64,000 nucleotides of DNA, taken from NCBI GenBank assembly GCA_963809485.1, contig CAWEJX010000020.1, forward strand, positions 1,024,001 to 1,088,000, given 5' to 3'. Source of the stretch: an uncultured Acidobacteriota bacterium (lineage in GTDB: Bacteria; Acidobacteriota; UBA6911). Shown piece after piece: positions 42,101-52,159 of the stretch; within the stretch, counting starts at the first letter, position 1; each line of letters opens with the position of its first letter. The notes under the pieces are model-generated. The model searched no databases. It was not told the origin of the DNA and worked only from the letters and a program-made list of their open reading frames with translations. A program made the translations under genes and the position numbers.

Positions 42101-42299
42101 TGGGTTGGACGTGGCGGACCGCATACACATCGCCTATGCAGCCGCGGATAAACTTGCCGAAGCCGTTGCGGCGCACAGCGAGTACCTCGCAGGCGAAACG
42201 CTGGCGCTTGAAATCAAACGCAGAACGGAGCTTCCGGATTCAGCGCACGTGGTCAAGCTGGGATCGGAGAGCATCCACCTCGTGATAAACAAGGCGTGA
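39105..42299 (+). CDS. ileS: Isoleucyl-tRNA synthetase, type 2, with GVHH signature
   Basis: DGPITAN..GVHH, GFDCQGL, WTTTPWTL, GTGIVHIAP, DWMISKKRYWG and MHKS motifs; type-2 C-terminus EGLVRDLVRHIQ. True start may be GTG near 39162. Confidence 0.96.
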   Translation: MPPRRARMPVLFHIKEHEGVSQQNFVEMEHEVLEFWERENCFQQLVKKNTGKPKWSFLDGPITANNPMGVHHAWGRTYKDIFQRYQAMTGHELRYQNGFDCQGLWVEVEVEKELGFKSKRDIEAYGIDAFVKKCRERVNRFAAIQSEQSVRLGYWMDWNNSYYTMSDENNYTIWTFLKKCHQRGFIYHGWDAMPWCPRCGTGISQHEISNEERPEITHTSPTVRFPLIDHPGEYLLVWTTTPWTLTSNVACAVHPELTYAKVRQGNEIYYLIRDRVEACMAPHGPYQILEEFPGQRLVGLAYNGPFDELAAQKNVRHTVIPWKEVSTTEGTGIVHIAPGCGKEDYELGKEFGLAAIAPIDEFGIILEGFEPFTGQTASGVAKNILRSLKEKGQLYRTEEYKHAYPICWRCKTQLLFRLVDEWYISMDELRHEIIEVTKQTRWIPEVGQQLEIEWLTNMHDWMISKKRYWGLALPIYKCQSCNVFDVIGGREELKQRAVEGWDQFEGHTPHRPWVDAVKIGCPKCGAPTSRILDVGNPWLDAGIVPYSTMRYNTDRAYWNQWFPANWISESFPGQFRNWFYAILAMSTVMEKRAPFQLMFGYRLMKDEKGQEMHKSKGNAIEFNEAAEKEGADAMRWLYASHNPENDLWFGYHKIHEARRQFLTLWNVYEFFLTYARIDRFDPAVPQVPYESRGDLDRWILCRLNRLVEAAHKNYSGYSVHLLMREVNAFIDALSRWYLRRSRRRFWKSTDDDDKLAAYQTLWECLVTTVKVLAPVIPFAAEKIYQELVRYYDAGAELSVHLCDFPQLNSAAAVNDPRLVHIMDSVLELVEQGHSARNKAGHKVRQPLAAMRIEAAEKSLPEQMTPFLPLILDELNIKRADFVASAADLYTLSAHLDAKTGKPKFGRLYSALQEALETMQASEVAARIGEKSVINLQVGHETIPLLPEDIVIEKVPRKPWVISEGNGFLVAINTELDADLVREGLVRDLVRHIQNIRKEIGLDVADRIHIAYAAADKLAEAVAAHSEYLAGETLALEIKRRTELPDSAHVVKLGSESIHLVINKA

Positions 42300-42424
42300 G
42301 GATCTCGCGACAGTCGTTTTGAGACCGACTCTGGAGGCCCGTACGTAAAAATTTTAACGCTGACGCACGCCGAGGTACGCGAAAAATATAGTTAAAGAAT
42401 TTACGGGAATGAGAGTGTCCTTTA

Positions 42425-44065
42425 TTACTTACTTCCTTGCCTTAGCCTCTTCTGCGCGGGCTCGAATTCGTCGCCGGGGAGCCACGCCGGGATAGCGTCG
42501 GCCGCGGCTGCTTTCCGGCCTAGGACATAACCGAAGCGGGCCATTATTACATTGCCGCGAAAATCCATCTCGGGTCGGTACTCGTCAGAGGGCTGGTGGT
42601 AGTGCCGCTCGATAAACTCCCTTACTTTAGCTTCGCCCCAGGCGCTATCGTGCCCCCGGAATTTCATGCCCTGGTTGATCGTAAATGCAGGGACACCGTG
42701 GCGGCTGAAACTGAAATGGTCGGAGCGGTAGGAGTGCCCCGCTTCGGGGCGTGAATCGGGACGGATTGTCAGCTTGAACTCCCTGGCGGTTTCTTCCACG
42801 GCGGGATAGATGCTGGTGCGCTCGGCGCCGCTGACTTCCACTTCCTCCGGCACTCCCAGCGGCTGGACATTGTCGTAATTCAGGCCGAGGACCGGCTGTG
42901 AGGGAAGCTGCGCCAGGTGCCTTCCGAGGAATTCCGAACCGAGCAATCCCTGTTCTTCCGCCGTGACCGCCGCAAAAAGTATGGTCCGCTGAGGCGCAGG
43001 CCTTGTGGCAGCCCAGACGCGCGCAAGGTCCAGTAGAATCGCACAGCCTGTCGCATTGTCGGCTGCGCCGTGGTAAATATTCGCGCCGGCGGGTTTGCTG
43101 TTGTCGATGCCGAAGTGATCATAGTGCGCGCTGTAAAGGATAGCCTCGGTTTTTTTTGCCGGATGGGCGCCTTCCACCATGGCCAGAACATTGCGCGAAT
43201 AATACGGCTTAACCGAACTGGCTACGTGCGCCTTCAACCGGACCGGCAACTCGATCGGTTTGAAGTCGCGGGACTGGGAAGCCTGAAAGAGTTTATCGAG
43301 ATCAAGCCCGCTTTTTGCGGCCAGCATGCGCGCTACGTCCTGCTGAATCCACGAGGCGGCTGCAAGTTTTGGCGAGCCGTCCAGCCTCAGATATGATTTT
43401 TCGCCGCCCCAGGAATTGCGCACTACAGTCCAGGCATAGCTTGCCAGATCGGTACGGTGAATAATGAGAGTGGCGACAGCGCCGCGCCGGGCGGTCTCCT
43501 CGAACTTATATGTCCAGCGGCCGTAGTAGGTGAGTGCTTTGCCGTTAAAAAGGCCCGGATCATCCGAGACCGGTTCGTTGACAAAAAGGATCGCGGTCTT
43601 CCCTTTCAGGTCGTATCCCTTATAGTCGTCCCACCGGTATTCCGGGGCGGAAATGCCGTAGCCGACAAAGACGATCGGCGCATCGATGTCAACGGATTCG
43701 GTCTGGTTCTCGTTGGTGGTGACGTATTCGTCGAGCAACTTCAGGTCCATTGTTTCCCCGGGGCCGGTTACAAAAGCGAAAGCGGTCTCCGGCAAGGTTC
43801 TCACGGCAACCATAGGGACCTGCTGGAAATACGTGCCGTTTTCGCCCGCCCCTTTCAGGCCGTAGCTTTTGAACTGCGCGGCGATATATTCGGCAGCGAG
43901 ATCGCCGCCTTTCTGGTTCATGCCCCGCCCCTCGAGTTCATCACTGGCAAGGTATTTCACGTGTGCACGGATTGCTTCCGGATCAAATTCCGGCGCTCTG
44001 TATTTTTCGGCGAACGCCGCCGCCACAAAACCGACGATCGTTAGGACAGATAAAAGTATGCGCAT
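42425..44065 (-). CDS. M28 family peptidase with PA domain, secreted
   Basis: LASDELEGR, AHYDH, GAADNATG, AEEQGL, RSDH and YHQPSD motifs. Confidence 0.93.
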   Translation of the reverse strand: MRILLSVLTIVGFVAAAFAEKYRAPEFDPEAIRAHVKYLASDELEGRGMNQKGGDLAAEYIAAQFKSYGLKGAGENGTYFQQVPMVAVRTLPETAFAFVTGPGETMDLKLLDEYVTTNENQTESVDIDAPIVFVGYGISAPEYRWDDYKGYDLKGKTAILFVNEPVSDDPGLFNGKALTYYGRWTYKFEETARRGAVATLIIHRTDLASYAWTVVRNSWGGEKSYLRLDGSPKLAAASWIQQDVARMLAAKSGLDLDKLFQASQSRDFKPIELPVRLKAHVASSVKPYYSRNVLAMVEGAHPAKKTEAILYSAHYDHFGIDNSKPAGANIYHGAADNATGCAILLDLARVWAATRPAPQRTILFAAVTAEEQGLLGSEFLGRHLAQLPSQPVLGLNYDNVQPLGVPEEVEVSGAERTSIYPAVEETAREFKLTIRPDSRPEAGHSYRSDHFSFSRHGVPAFTINQGMKFRGHDSAWGEAKVREFIERHYHQPSDEYRPEMDFRGNVIMARFGYVLGRKAAAADAIPAWLPGDEFEPAQKRLRQGSK

Positions 44066-44257
44066 GCCATCTCCCTGAGACGAAATAGACACAAAACTTT
44101 AGCATAAGTCCCGCTGTCCATGGACCGGATCCTTCACGAATCCTGCCAGGAGAGGTCAGCGTTCGTCGGCGCTTTTTCAGCGTGAGTCAGCGTTCCAGGT
44201 TCAATAAAAGGGTGGCACCATTCATACATCGGCAATAATGGTAGTACAATCCCGTGC

Positions 44258-46195
44258 ATGAAAACCTGCTCCATCCTTTGTCTCTGTGTCCTGTGTTGTT
44301 CCTCCATCGCGATCCCCGATGACAGCGTCGGACTGATTATGCTTCAAAAGCGCATAAACCGCTTCGAAGTGGACCTGCAGGCGGCGGAGGCCATCCGCGC
44401 CGTAAAGCGCCTGCAGTACGCCTATGGGCATTATGCCGAATTCGGCTTGTGGCACGACCTGGCGGACCTGTTCGCCGAAAAGGGCATCGGGCACTATCCG
44501 GCCGGCAAACTCGGTAAAGAGGAAATACGCAAACTCTTCCTGCAGGAGGTTGGCAAGGGGAAACTCGGGCTGTCTGAGGGCGTGCTTTATCCGCATATCA
44601 TGCTTCAGCCGGTTGTGACCCTGGCGCCGGACAGAAAAACAGCCAAAGGGCGCTTTCGCGTTCTGGCGATGCTGGGCAGCTATGGAGGCGCTGCCATCTG
44701 GGCCGGCGGAGTCTACGAGAACAAATACATCCTGGAAGACGGAGTCTGGAAGATCAACGAACTGCATTATTACTCGATGTACACCGGCCGCTACGAGCAG
44801 TCCGGCTGGACAGCCGACAAAGGGACAATTCCCATCCACTACGATCCCGCGCGCGCAGGCACTCCGGTGCTGAATAAATCCATTCCGCCGCCGTCCGCTG
44901 AGCCACTACCCAGTCTGGCAGATCTAAGCAGGCGGATGACGGATCTTGCCCGGCGGGCACAAATCCTGAACGATGAAGCGGAAGTGGGGAATCTGCAGAA
45001 CATCTACGGGTATTACGTGGACCGGAAGATGTGGGACGACGCCGCGGACCTGTTCGCCGCCGACGCGACCATGGAAATGGGTTTGCAGGGTGTTTATGCC
45101 GGCAAAGCCCGCATACGGCGCGCGCTGGACCAGTTCGGGCCGCAGGGTTTGAAAGAGGGGGAGCTCAACGATCGTCTCCAGCTTCAAACCGTTGTCCACG
45201 TATCGCCGGATGGCCGCACCGCGAATGCCCGAAGTGTCGAATTAGGCATGTCGGGCGTCAATGGAGCCGGAGCGCAGTGGGGCGAGGGTGTATACGAAAA
45301 TGAATTTATAAAAGAAGACGGAATATGGAAAATCAAATCCCTGCACTTCTACCCCAGGCTGGTGACGGACTATGAAAAAGGATGGGCAAAGGATGCTCGC
45401 CCCGCGCCGGGTCCGAGCAAGGATTTTCCACCCGACCGCCCTTCGACCGAGGTGTATGAGATTTTCCCGAAGTTTTACATTCCGCCGTTTCATTTTGCCA
45501 ATCCCGTAACCGGCATGGAGACCAGGTATCCTGAGGGCATGCTCCACGCCCCTAAGCCGCGCAGCCCCATCCCGGCGGTCAATGCCGCTCCTGCGGTCCT
45601 GTCAATTGCGCGACTCCGGAAAATGGCAGTAGAAACGGAGCGACGGCTCGGCAAGGCCTTGGCTTATGATGCCGCTGAAAACCTTGCCAGCGCTTACGGC
45701 TATTACCTGGATGAATCCATGTGGGATGAGACAGCGGACCTGTTCTCCCGCGACGGCAAAAGGCGGCTGGCCTATATCAGCAAGGACAAGGGACGCGAGA
45801 ACATCCGGCAATCCATCAAGCGCCGCTACCCGGTCAGAAAACCAACAGACTATTTCACGGTCCATCAGCTCATCCAGCCGGTCATTCATGCTGCAAAGGA
45901 CGGGAAGGCGGCCAGGATGCGTGTGCGGCTGTTCCAGCTTGGGGGAGCGTCCGGCGGAAACGGCATGTGGATCGCGGGCGTCTATGAATGCAGGACAGGC
46001 CTCGAGGATGGCGTGTGGAAATTCAAGGCGATGGATCTGGACTACACATGGACAGCCGATTACAGGAGCGGTTGGGCTCGTATATCAGGCGATTCAAAAA
46101 AGATTGTTGCTGCGCCTTTCCCCAAGATTGTCGATCTGCCTTTTCATTACAGGAATCCGGTTACGGGGCGAAGGCCGCCCGTGTTTCTGAAGTAG
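44258..46195 (+). CDS. Secreted protein with three SnoaL-like domains
   Basis: Three repeats of L...YGYY.D..W...ADLF...G.YEN...EDG.WK. Confidence 0.85.
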   Translation: MKTCSILCLCVLCCSSIAIPDDSVGLIMLQKRINRFEVDLQAAEAIRAVKRLQYAYGHYAEFGLWHDLADLFAEKGIGHYPAGKLGKEEIRKLFLQEVGKGKLGLSEGVLYPHIMLQPVVTLAPDRKTAKGRFRVLAMLGSYGGAAIWAGGVYENKYILEDGVWKINELHYYSMYTGRYEQSGWTADKGTIPIHYDPARAGTPVLNKSIPPPSAEPLPSLADLSRRMTDLARRAQILNDEAEVGNLQNIYGYYVDRKMWDDAADLFAADATMEMGLQGVYAGKARIRRALDQFGPQGLKEGELNDRLQLQTVVHVSPDGRTANARSVELGMSGVNGAGAQWGEGVYENEFIKEDGIWKIKSLHFYPRLVTDYEKGWAKDARPAPGPSKDFPPDRPSTEVYEIFPKFYIPPFHFANPVTGMETRYPEGMLHAPKPRSPIPAVNAAPAVLSIARLRKMAVETERRLGKALAYDAAENLASAYGYYLDESMWDETADLFSRDGKRRLAYISKDKGRENIRQSIKRRYPVRKPTDYFTVHQLIQPVIHAAKDGKAARMRVRLFQLGGASGGNGMWIAGVYECRTGLEDGVWKFKAMDLDYTWTADYRSGWARISGDSKKIVAAPFPKIVDLPFHYRNPVTGRRPPVFLK

Positions 46196-46358
46196 AATTT
46201 CCGTGATGACTGCGCCATGGATTATCTTACATCTTAGCAATAATTTACGATGACCAGCCCGGCGCTGATTTGTTCGAATCAGCTGCCTGCCTCTATGGCA
46301 ACTGCTTGAAATAAAGCTATTTCAAATTCACGGCGGCCACCCCGACTGTGGCAGCGGT

Positions 46359-46608
46359 TGTAAAAGGATTTTACATATCGATTTGCCTGATTTTTGCATC
46401 AAATCATTGATTTATCAATAGATATAAGGATTGCTGGGCTCCGGCATCCATAAAAGTGTCGGCGCGGCTTACACTATTCCTTTGTTTACAATCGATTAGG
46501 CCGATCTAATAATAAAAATCTAATTGGGCTAGTATAGTTTTTTCAATAACTTACCAACATCAGAGAAGTCTGAAGAGGCTTCGGTGAGCCATTGGTATGA
46601 CTTTTGCT
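46359..46608 (+). promoter_or_regulatory. Sigma54 promoter with upstream enhancer palindrome
   Basis: TGGTATGACTTTTGCT (GG-N10-GC, 46593-46608) and TGTAAA-N5-TTTACA (46359-46375), the layout described upstream of PEP-CTERM genes. Confidence 0.75.
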
Positions 46609-46682
46609 TAATACTTAACAGTAGGATGACATTAAGTAAGCACTATGTCTGCAATTGATCATTTCTGTTAAAGGAGGAACTT

Positions 46683-47675
46683 ATGCAACGAACGCTTCTG
46701 ATAGCATTTGCGGCTGTGGCAGCTCTTTTTCCGGTGGCCAATACAGCCAGCGCGCAGGCTATCATCACAAACGGATCAGGAATTTACCTTGGCGTTAACC
46801 CGCTCGGTAACCTCAACGTCCTTGACGGTACCGGCGGCATTTCGCTAACCCCCACCAACGCAAGCTATATAGGTCTCTATTATTCCGGCATAGACGGTGA
46901 TGCCACTTCGCCGGGATGCCTGTGCGAGGGTTTTGGCGTGGCCGGCAATGGCGTGTCGGGTTATGCGGGCATTGAAATCGGAGGTTATGTCAACCTGAGT
47001 CAAACCTCCTTTGCCTCAACGGCATCAACCGCAACATCCATCGTGACTCTGACTTCGCTGCCCGATTTGCAGGTGACGCAGCAGTTCCAGCCATCGGATT
47101 CAACGGCCCTGATGGAGAACATTGTCACCATCACCAACCTGGGCGCCAGCACCATAACCGATGTCCGGTACAACCGCACTATGGATTGGGATATCCCGCC
47201 TACGACTTTTAATGAATATACGACAGTTCAAGGATGGCCGGCCGCCAACTTGCTATATACATCCGACGATGGTTTCGACACTCCAGATCCAATGGCTCTG
47301 CCCACTGGAATATTCGCCGCAGAGAACGTAAATTTCTACCATTCTGGACCTGGGGACCACGGGGCGTTTTTCACTTTTGCTTTTGGCGATCTCGATCCGG
47401 GCGAAAGCATTGATTTCTCGATCTTTTATGGCGCGGCGACCTCTGAATCTGCAGCCTTCGCGGCACTGGGCGCGGTCGGGGCCGAAGTATATTCCTATGG
47501 CCAGTCCAGCCTTGCCGGCGTACCCATCGGCGAACCTGTGACCTTCATTTTTGGTTTCAGTGGCGTAGGCGGAACACCGGTGCCGCCGCCAACCATTCCT
47601 GAGCCTTCGTCGATTCTGCTAATGGGTGCGGGACTGCTTGGTCTGGCATTTGCCATCCGCAGAAAAAGATCCTAA
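46683..47675 (+). CDS. PEP-CTERM exosortase substrate protein
   Basis: Signal peptide; C-terminal IPEPSSILLMGAGLLGLAFAIRRKRS. Confidence 0.93.
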   Translation: MQRTLLIAFAAVAALFPVANTASAQAIITNGSGIYLGVNPLGNLNVLDGTGGISLTPTNASYIGLYYSGIDGDATSPGCLCEGFGVAGNGVSGYAGIEIGGYVNLSQTSFASTASTATSIVTLTSLPDLQVTQQFQPSDSTALMENIVTITNLGASTITDVRYNRTMDWDIPPTTFNEYTTVQGWPAANLLYTSDDGFDTPDPMALPTGIFAAENVNFYHSGPGDHGAFFTFAFGDLDPGESIDFSIFYGAATSESAAFAALGAVGAEVYSYGQSSLAGVPIGEPVTFIFGFSGVGGTPVPPPTIPEPSSILLMGAGLLGLAFAIRRKRS

Positions 47676-47709
47676 CCCATCGTTGACAAAAGTATGCTTT
47701 GGATAAAAG

Positions 47710-47747
47710 ATCTCCTCTCCCGTTCCCATGGGAGAGGAGATTTTTTT
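47710..47747 (+). terminator. Intrinsic terminator
   Basis: ATCTCCTCTCCC-N8-GGGAGAGGAGAT followed by a T-run. Confidence 0.75.
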
Positions 47748-49103
47748 ATGCCGCAAATGAAAGCGATCTTCAGAGCTGCATTTTCTTTGGCTTTCGTTTT
47801 GTGCTTCTCGCCGGTATCCCCATCCGACGACATTCCACTGATTCGGAACAACTCCCAATCCCAAAAACCTTCGGAAGATATCCCGCCCTCAAAGTCGAAT
47901 CCCGTGAACGCTGCCGAAGTGTCCTATAACGACGGCATTCGCAGCCTGGCAGCCGGCGACCTCGTCAGAGCCGAGCAATTGCTCAGGAAAAGCCTGGAAC
48001 TGGATCCCGGAATGGTCAACGCGATGCTGGCGCTTTCCGAGCTGGCAAAACAGCGGGGAGACTTAAACGGCGCCGGCACCTATCTTCAAAACGCCGTATC
48101 CAAAGGCGGCAAAACAGCCGAAGTTCAGCGCGCCTATGGCCGCTACCTTTACATCAAGCGCGACTTCCAGGGAGCCGAGGCTGCCCTCAGAAAAGCCACC
48201 GAGCTTGATCCGAAGTCCTACAGGGCCTTCGTGGACCTGGGAGACCTGTACCGGCAGGCTTTATACCGGCCCAGCGATGCCGTCACCGCGTACCGCAAGG
48301 CATTATCCATCGAGCCGAAGCACGCTGGAGCGCATTACGCCCTCGCGCTCGTTCTGGATCGCCTGGGTAAAGACGCCGAGGCGGAAAAGGAATTCAGGCA
48401 GGCGCTTTCGGTCCAACCGGAAAACGCCCAGGTGTGGCAGGCGCTTGCCGAGCATTATTTGCAGCGGCGGCAGTACGACAACGCAATCGAGGCCTGCAAC
48501 TCAGCCCTGAAAGCAAACCCGAAAATGCCCGCGTTTCACATGCAGCTCGGCGACATTTACGCCGCCAGGGGAGACGATGCGAAATCGTTTGCCGAATACC
48601 AGGCGGCGCTGAAACAGGATCCCAAGCTTGCGGCGGCTCAGGTTAAGATCGGGATGCTCCATCAAGGCCGGAACCGCATGGCCGAGGCCGAAAAGGCTTA
48701 CCTTGCAGCAGTAGCCGTCGATCCGAAACAGGCGGTCGCCTACAACAACCTGGCCTGGATGGCGGCCGAGCGCAAATCCCAACTGGACAAAGCGGTTCAA
48801 TGGGCGAAAAAAGCCGTCGGCATAAATCCGGCCGTCCCTCAATTTCACGTGACGCTGGGCTGGGTTTACCGGGCGCGCGGCGAGCTCGACAATGCGATCA
48901 CCGAAATCGAGAATGCTTCGCTGATCACGCCTGCCGCAGCCGAAACCTATTATTACCTCGGCCTTGTGTATTCCGAAAAAAGGATGAATGCGAAGGCGGT
49001 TTCTGCTTTCCAGAAAGCCCTTTCAATAAACAAAGGTTTCCCCTTGGCAGCCGATGCTCAGCAGCGGATCGACAAGCTGACAAAATCCAGCCGCAAGCCC
49101 TAA
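47748..49103 (+). CDS. TPR protein (PrsT-like)
   Basis: Signal peptide, many TPRs, NNLAW motif. Confidence 0.85.
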   Translation: MPQMKAIFRAAFSLAFVLCFSPVSPSDDIPLIRNNSQSQKPSEDIPPSKSNPVNAAEVSYNDGIRSLAAGDLVRAEQLLRKSLELDPGMVNAMLALSELAKQRGDLNGAGTYLQNAVSKGGKTAEVQRAYGRYLYIKRDFQGAEAALRKATELDPKSYRAFVDLGDLYRQALYRPSDAVTAYRKALSIEPKHAGAHYALALVLDRLGKDAEAEKEFRQALSVQPENAQVWQALAEHYLQRRQYDNAIEACNSALKANPKMPAFHMQLGDIYAARGDDAKSFAEYQAALKQDPKLAAAQVKIGMLHQGRNRMAEAEKAYLAAVAVDPKQAVAYNNLAWMAAERKSQLDKAVQWAKKAVGINPAVPQFHVTLGWVYRARGELDNAITEIENASLITPAAAETYYYLGLVYSEKRMNAKAVSAFQKALSINKGFPLAADAQQRIDKLTKSSRKP

Positions 49104-49216
49104 TTTGGCTTTCCTGCAAAATTTCGCGTTGATGCGCGTATCTATTTATATTCATTCAAGTTGCAGGTTGCAGGCACCTGTAACTGCAACCCGGAACCTG
49201 CAACCGCCGGGGAAAT

Positions 49217-51103
49217 CTATAATTTCCCGCCGGACGCTTCTGCTCCCGGAATCTGCCGGGGATGGGTCATGTTTTCCGGACGAAGCAGCTCATCCAGCAT
49301 GCCCTGCGTAATCCATCCTTTTTTCAGCACAAGGTCATAGACGCTTTTTCCCGTGTCCAGCGCCTCCTTTGCTATGGATACGGAACGTTCATATCCGATC
49401 ACCGGATTCAGGGCCGTCACCAGCCCGATGCTGTTTTCCACGTAGTCCCTGCATTTTTTCCGGTCTGCCTGGATGCCGCGAATGCAGCGGCTGGTCAGGA
49501 CCACGCAGGCATTCCGCAGTATCATGAAGCTCTCGAAGAGGTTCAGGGCAATGATGGGCTCCATCACATTCAGCTCCAGCTGGCCGGCTTCAGCGGCCAT
49601 GGTGATGGTCATATCGTTCCCGATGATTTCGTAACACACCTGGTTCACAACTTCGGGGATGACGGGATTCACCTTCCCGGGCATGATGGTTGATCCCGGC
49701 TGCATAGGCGGCAAGCGTATCTCCTGCAGCCCGCAGCGCGGACCCGAGGACAATAGACGCAGATCGTTGCAGATTTTGGACAGCTTTACGGCGATCCTCT
49801 TAAGCACCCCGGACATCTGGACATATGCGCCCGAATCCTGGGTTGCCTCGACCAGGTTGTAGGACTTCACCACCGGCACACCGCTGACCTCGCGGAGTTT
49901 CCGCGTAACGAGATCCGCATACCCCGGGGGGCTGTTGATCCCGGTGCCGATAGCCGTGGCGCCCAGATTGATCTCCTTCAAAAGGTCGCTCGCTTCGCGC
50001 AGCCGTTCCATGTCTTCACCCATCATCACAGCATACGCCCCGAATTCCTGCCCCAGTGTCATCGGCACCGCATCCTGCAGCTGAGTGCGGCCCATTTTAA
50101 GGACGTCGGCAAACTCCTTCTCCTTTTCCTCGAGGGCCGCCTTGAGCTCGCCCATGGCCGCCAGGATGTCCTTCAACATAAGGTTTACCGCCAGGCGTAT
50201 GGCCGTGGGGTAGGCGTCGTTGGTGGACTGGGAAAGGTTCACGTGATCGTTGGGATGAAGGTGGACGTAATCGCCCCGTTCAAAGCCAAGCAGTTCCAGG
50301 GCCCGGTTTGCTATCACTTCATTGGCATTCATGTTGGTCGAAGTGCCTGCGCCCCCCTGGATCATGTCGACCACAAATTGGTCCAGCAGCTTCCCGTCCA
50401 GCACTTCGTCACAGGCTGCCGATATTGCATCCGCCTTCGCCTTGTCCAGCACGCCCAGTTCGCAGTTGGCCAGAGCGCAAGCTTTCTTTATATATGCCAG
50501 CGCATCCACGAAGTGCTGGAAAGAGGACAGCCTGATCCCGGAAATGGGGAAGTTTTCGGTCGCTCTCAGCGTCTGGATACCGTAATAGGCGTGGGCCGGA
50601 ACTTCACGCTCCCCGAGCAAATCGTGTTCCCGGCGGGTCTTACCTTTGAGATAGGCGTTATCCTCGGTCGCGAGGCTTTCGGCCGCGTAGCGCAGCCTGT
50701 CGCTCACCGTTCGGGCGATCCGCGCCACGATGCGGTAGAACATGTCCGGGTAATCCCTCCGGGCCTGCTCGACGGCCTCGCGGGAGAGCTGTATCAATAC
50801 CACTCCCTCCCTCGTGAAGCCGCCGGCCGAGTGGGGCAGGTCGTCGAGCAGAAGGCCCTCGGACAGGATGCCCCCCTGCCGAAGCACGGCAAGGCATGTT
50901 TGCCGGCCGTGCAAACCGCGCACTATTCTGACCTCCCCCTCCTCCACCATCCCAAACCATTGCCGGGGTGTGGATTCGTGGAACAGCCACTCGGTTGGCC
51001 CGTATTCTTTCCGCTCCGCCAGGCCGGCCAGGTATTGCAGACTCCGATCATCAAACTCTGAAAACAGCGGCATCTTTTGCAGCAGCCGAACTATCTGTTC
51101 CAT
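49217..51103 (-). CDS. aspA: Aspartate ammonia-lyase with N-terminal cyclic-nucleotide-binding domain
   Basis: cNMP domain of about 150 aa; REHDLLG, GGAGTSTNMN, QSTND, GRTQLQDA and GSTIMPGKVNPV motifs. Confidence 0.92.
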   Translation of the reverse strand: MEQIVRLLQKMPLFSEFDDRSLQYLAGLAERKEYGPTEWLFHESTPRQWFGMVEEGEVRIVRGLHGRQTCLAVLRQGGILSEGLLLDDLPHSAGGFTREGVVLIQLSREAVEQARRDYPDMFYRIVARIARTVSDRLRYAAESLATEDNAYLKGKTRREHDLLGEREVPAHAYYGIQTLRATENFPISGIRLSSFQHFVDALAYIKKACALANCELGVLDKAKADAISAACDEVLDGKLLDQFVVDMIQGGAGTSTNMNANEVIANRALELLGFERGDYVHLHPNDHVNLSQSTNDAYPTAIRLAVNLMLKDILAAMGELKAALEEKEKEFADVLKMGRTQLQDAVPMTLGQEFGAYAVMMGEDMERLREASDLLKEINLGATAIGTGINSPPGYADLVTRKLREVSGVPVVKSYNLVEATQDSGAYVQMSGVLKRIAVKLSKICNDLRLLSSGPRCGLQEIRLPPMQPGSTIMPGKVNPVIPEVVNQVCYEIIGNDMTITMAAEAGQLELNVMEPIIALNLFESFMILRNACVVLTSRCIRGIQADRKKCRDYVENSIGLVTALNPVIGYERSVSIAKEALDTGKSVYDLVLKKGWITQGMLDELLRPENMTHPRQIPGAEASGGKL

Positions 51104-51193
51104 GAGAGCCTCCTTTGCAGCGATCACACCGGATGCGCGGACGGCGCAGAACCGCCCCCGCACAAGCACGCAAGGCCTGTGAATCCGCAGGAT

Positions 51194-51613
51194 CTATAAA
51201 TGATAATCCCCTGCAGCCTCAGGCTGATAAACCACCTCATCGATCCGCAAATGCCTGATGCCGGCGGGAACTTTCCACTCGACCGTATCTCCGGCACGAT
51301 AGCCGATCAGGGCAGTGCCTATCGGCGCAAGGATGGATATCTTTCCGCGCTCAAAATCCGCTTCGCTGGGGAACACCAGCTGAATCAGCATTTCTTTGCC
51401 GGTATCCAGATCCTTAACACGGATCTGGCTGTTCATCGTCACGACGTCTACGGGGATCTTTTTGGACGGCACAACAACTGCACGCGACAGTTCTTCCTCC
51501 AGATGTTCCAGGTAGGCCCTGTCCTTGGGATTCCAGTTATGCGTCCCCTCGAGCAGCTTCTGGAGCCGCTCCATGTCGAAATCGGTAATATGAAGTTTCC
51601 GGTTGGTCATCAC
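51194..51613 (-). CDS. rnk: Nucleoside diphosphate kinase regulator (GreA/B C-terminal domain)
   Basis: DVVTMNS, LVFP, ISILAPIGTALIGY and YQPEAAG motifs. Confidence 0.93.
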   Translation of the reverse strand: MMTNRKLHITDFDMERLQKLLEGTHNWNPKDRAYLEHLEEELSRAVVVPSKKIPVDVVTMNSQIRVKDLDTGKEMLIQLVFPSEADFERGKISILAPIGTALIGYRAGDTVEWKVPAGIRHLRIDEVVYQPEAAGDYHL

Positions 51614-52159
51614 ACCCTCCTTTCAGGCCTAAACGAATGCAATCGGTTTATGGGGACGTACGCACCCAAGCCGCTATTGAGTATCAGGATGAGAACATCA
51701 GGTGGATGCCGGATGGTCCCAGCGTCCATACATCGGTCCGGCTGCCGCGATGCATCAGGGCGAATCCATTTTGGTTGCAGTATCAGGTTACAGGGCGCAA
51801 ATTCAATACCTGCAACCTGCAAAAAATCCGGCCTGGGGAAGCTGCCCGGTAGACTGCTCCCCGTTGATTATGATCCCGCAGGTCCCGGCGGAGGGCAATC
51901 GGGAGGACACTGGAAATTGACATCCGAGACGCTGAAAGAAGCCTCATCCGCTGGATAAAACCACCTGCTCCAAAGGATGACCTGAAGGAAGCAACCTTTG
52001 GAATTCATTGCCAATCCACCGATATCTCAGGCGAAAGACATGATCGGCGCCGAAAGGCGGGCAAGAAAGCGGTTGCAGCCGAACCGGCCTGCATGCTAAT
52101 GCTACAGGCATGAAGCCGCCGTCACCGGCTATGCTCTCAAGCGGCTTGGGAATTATCGA

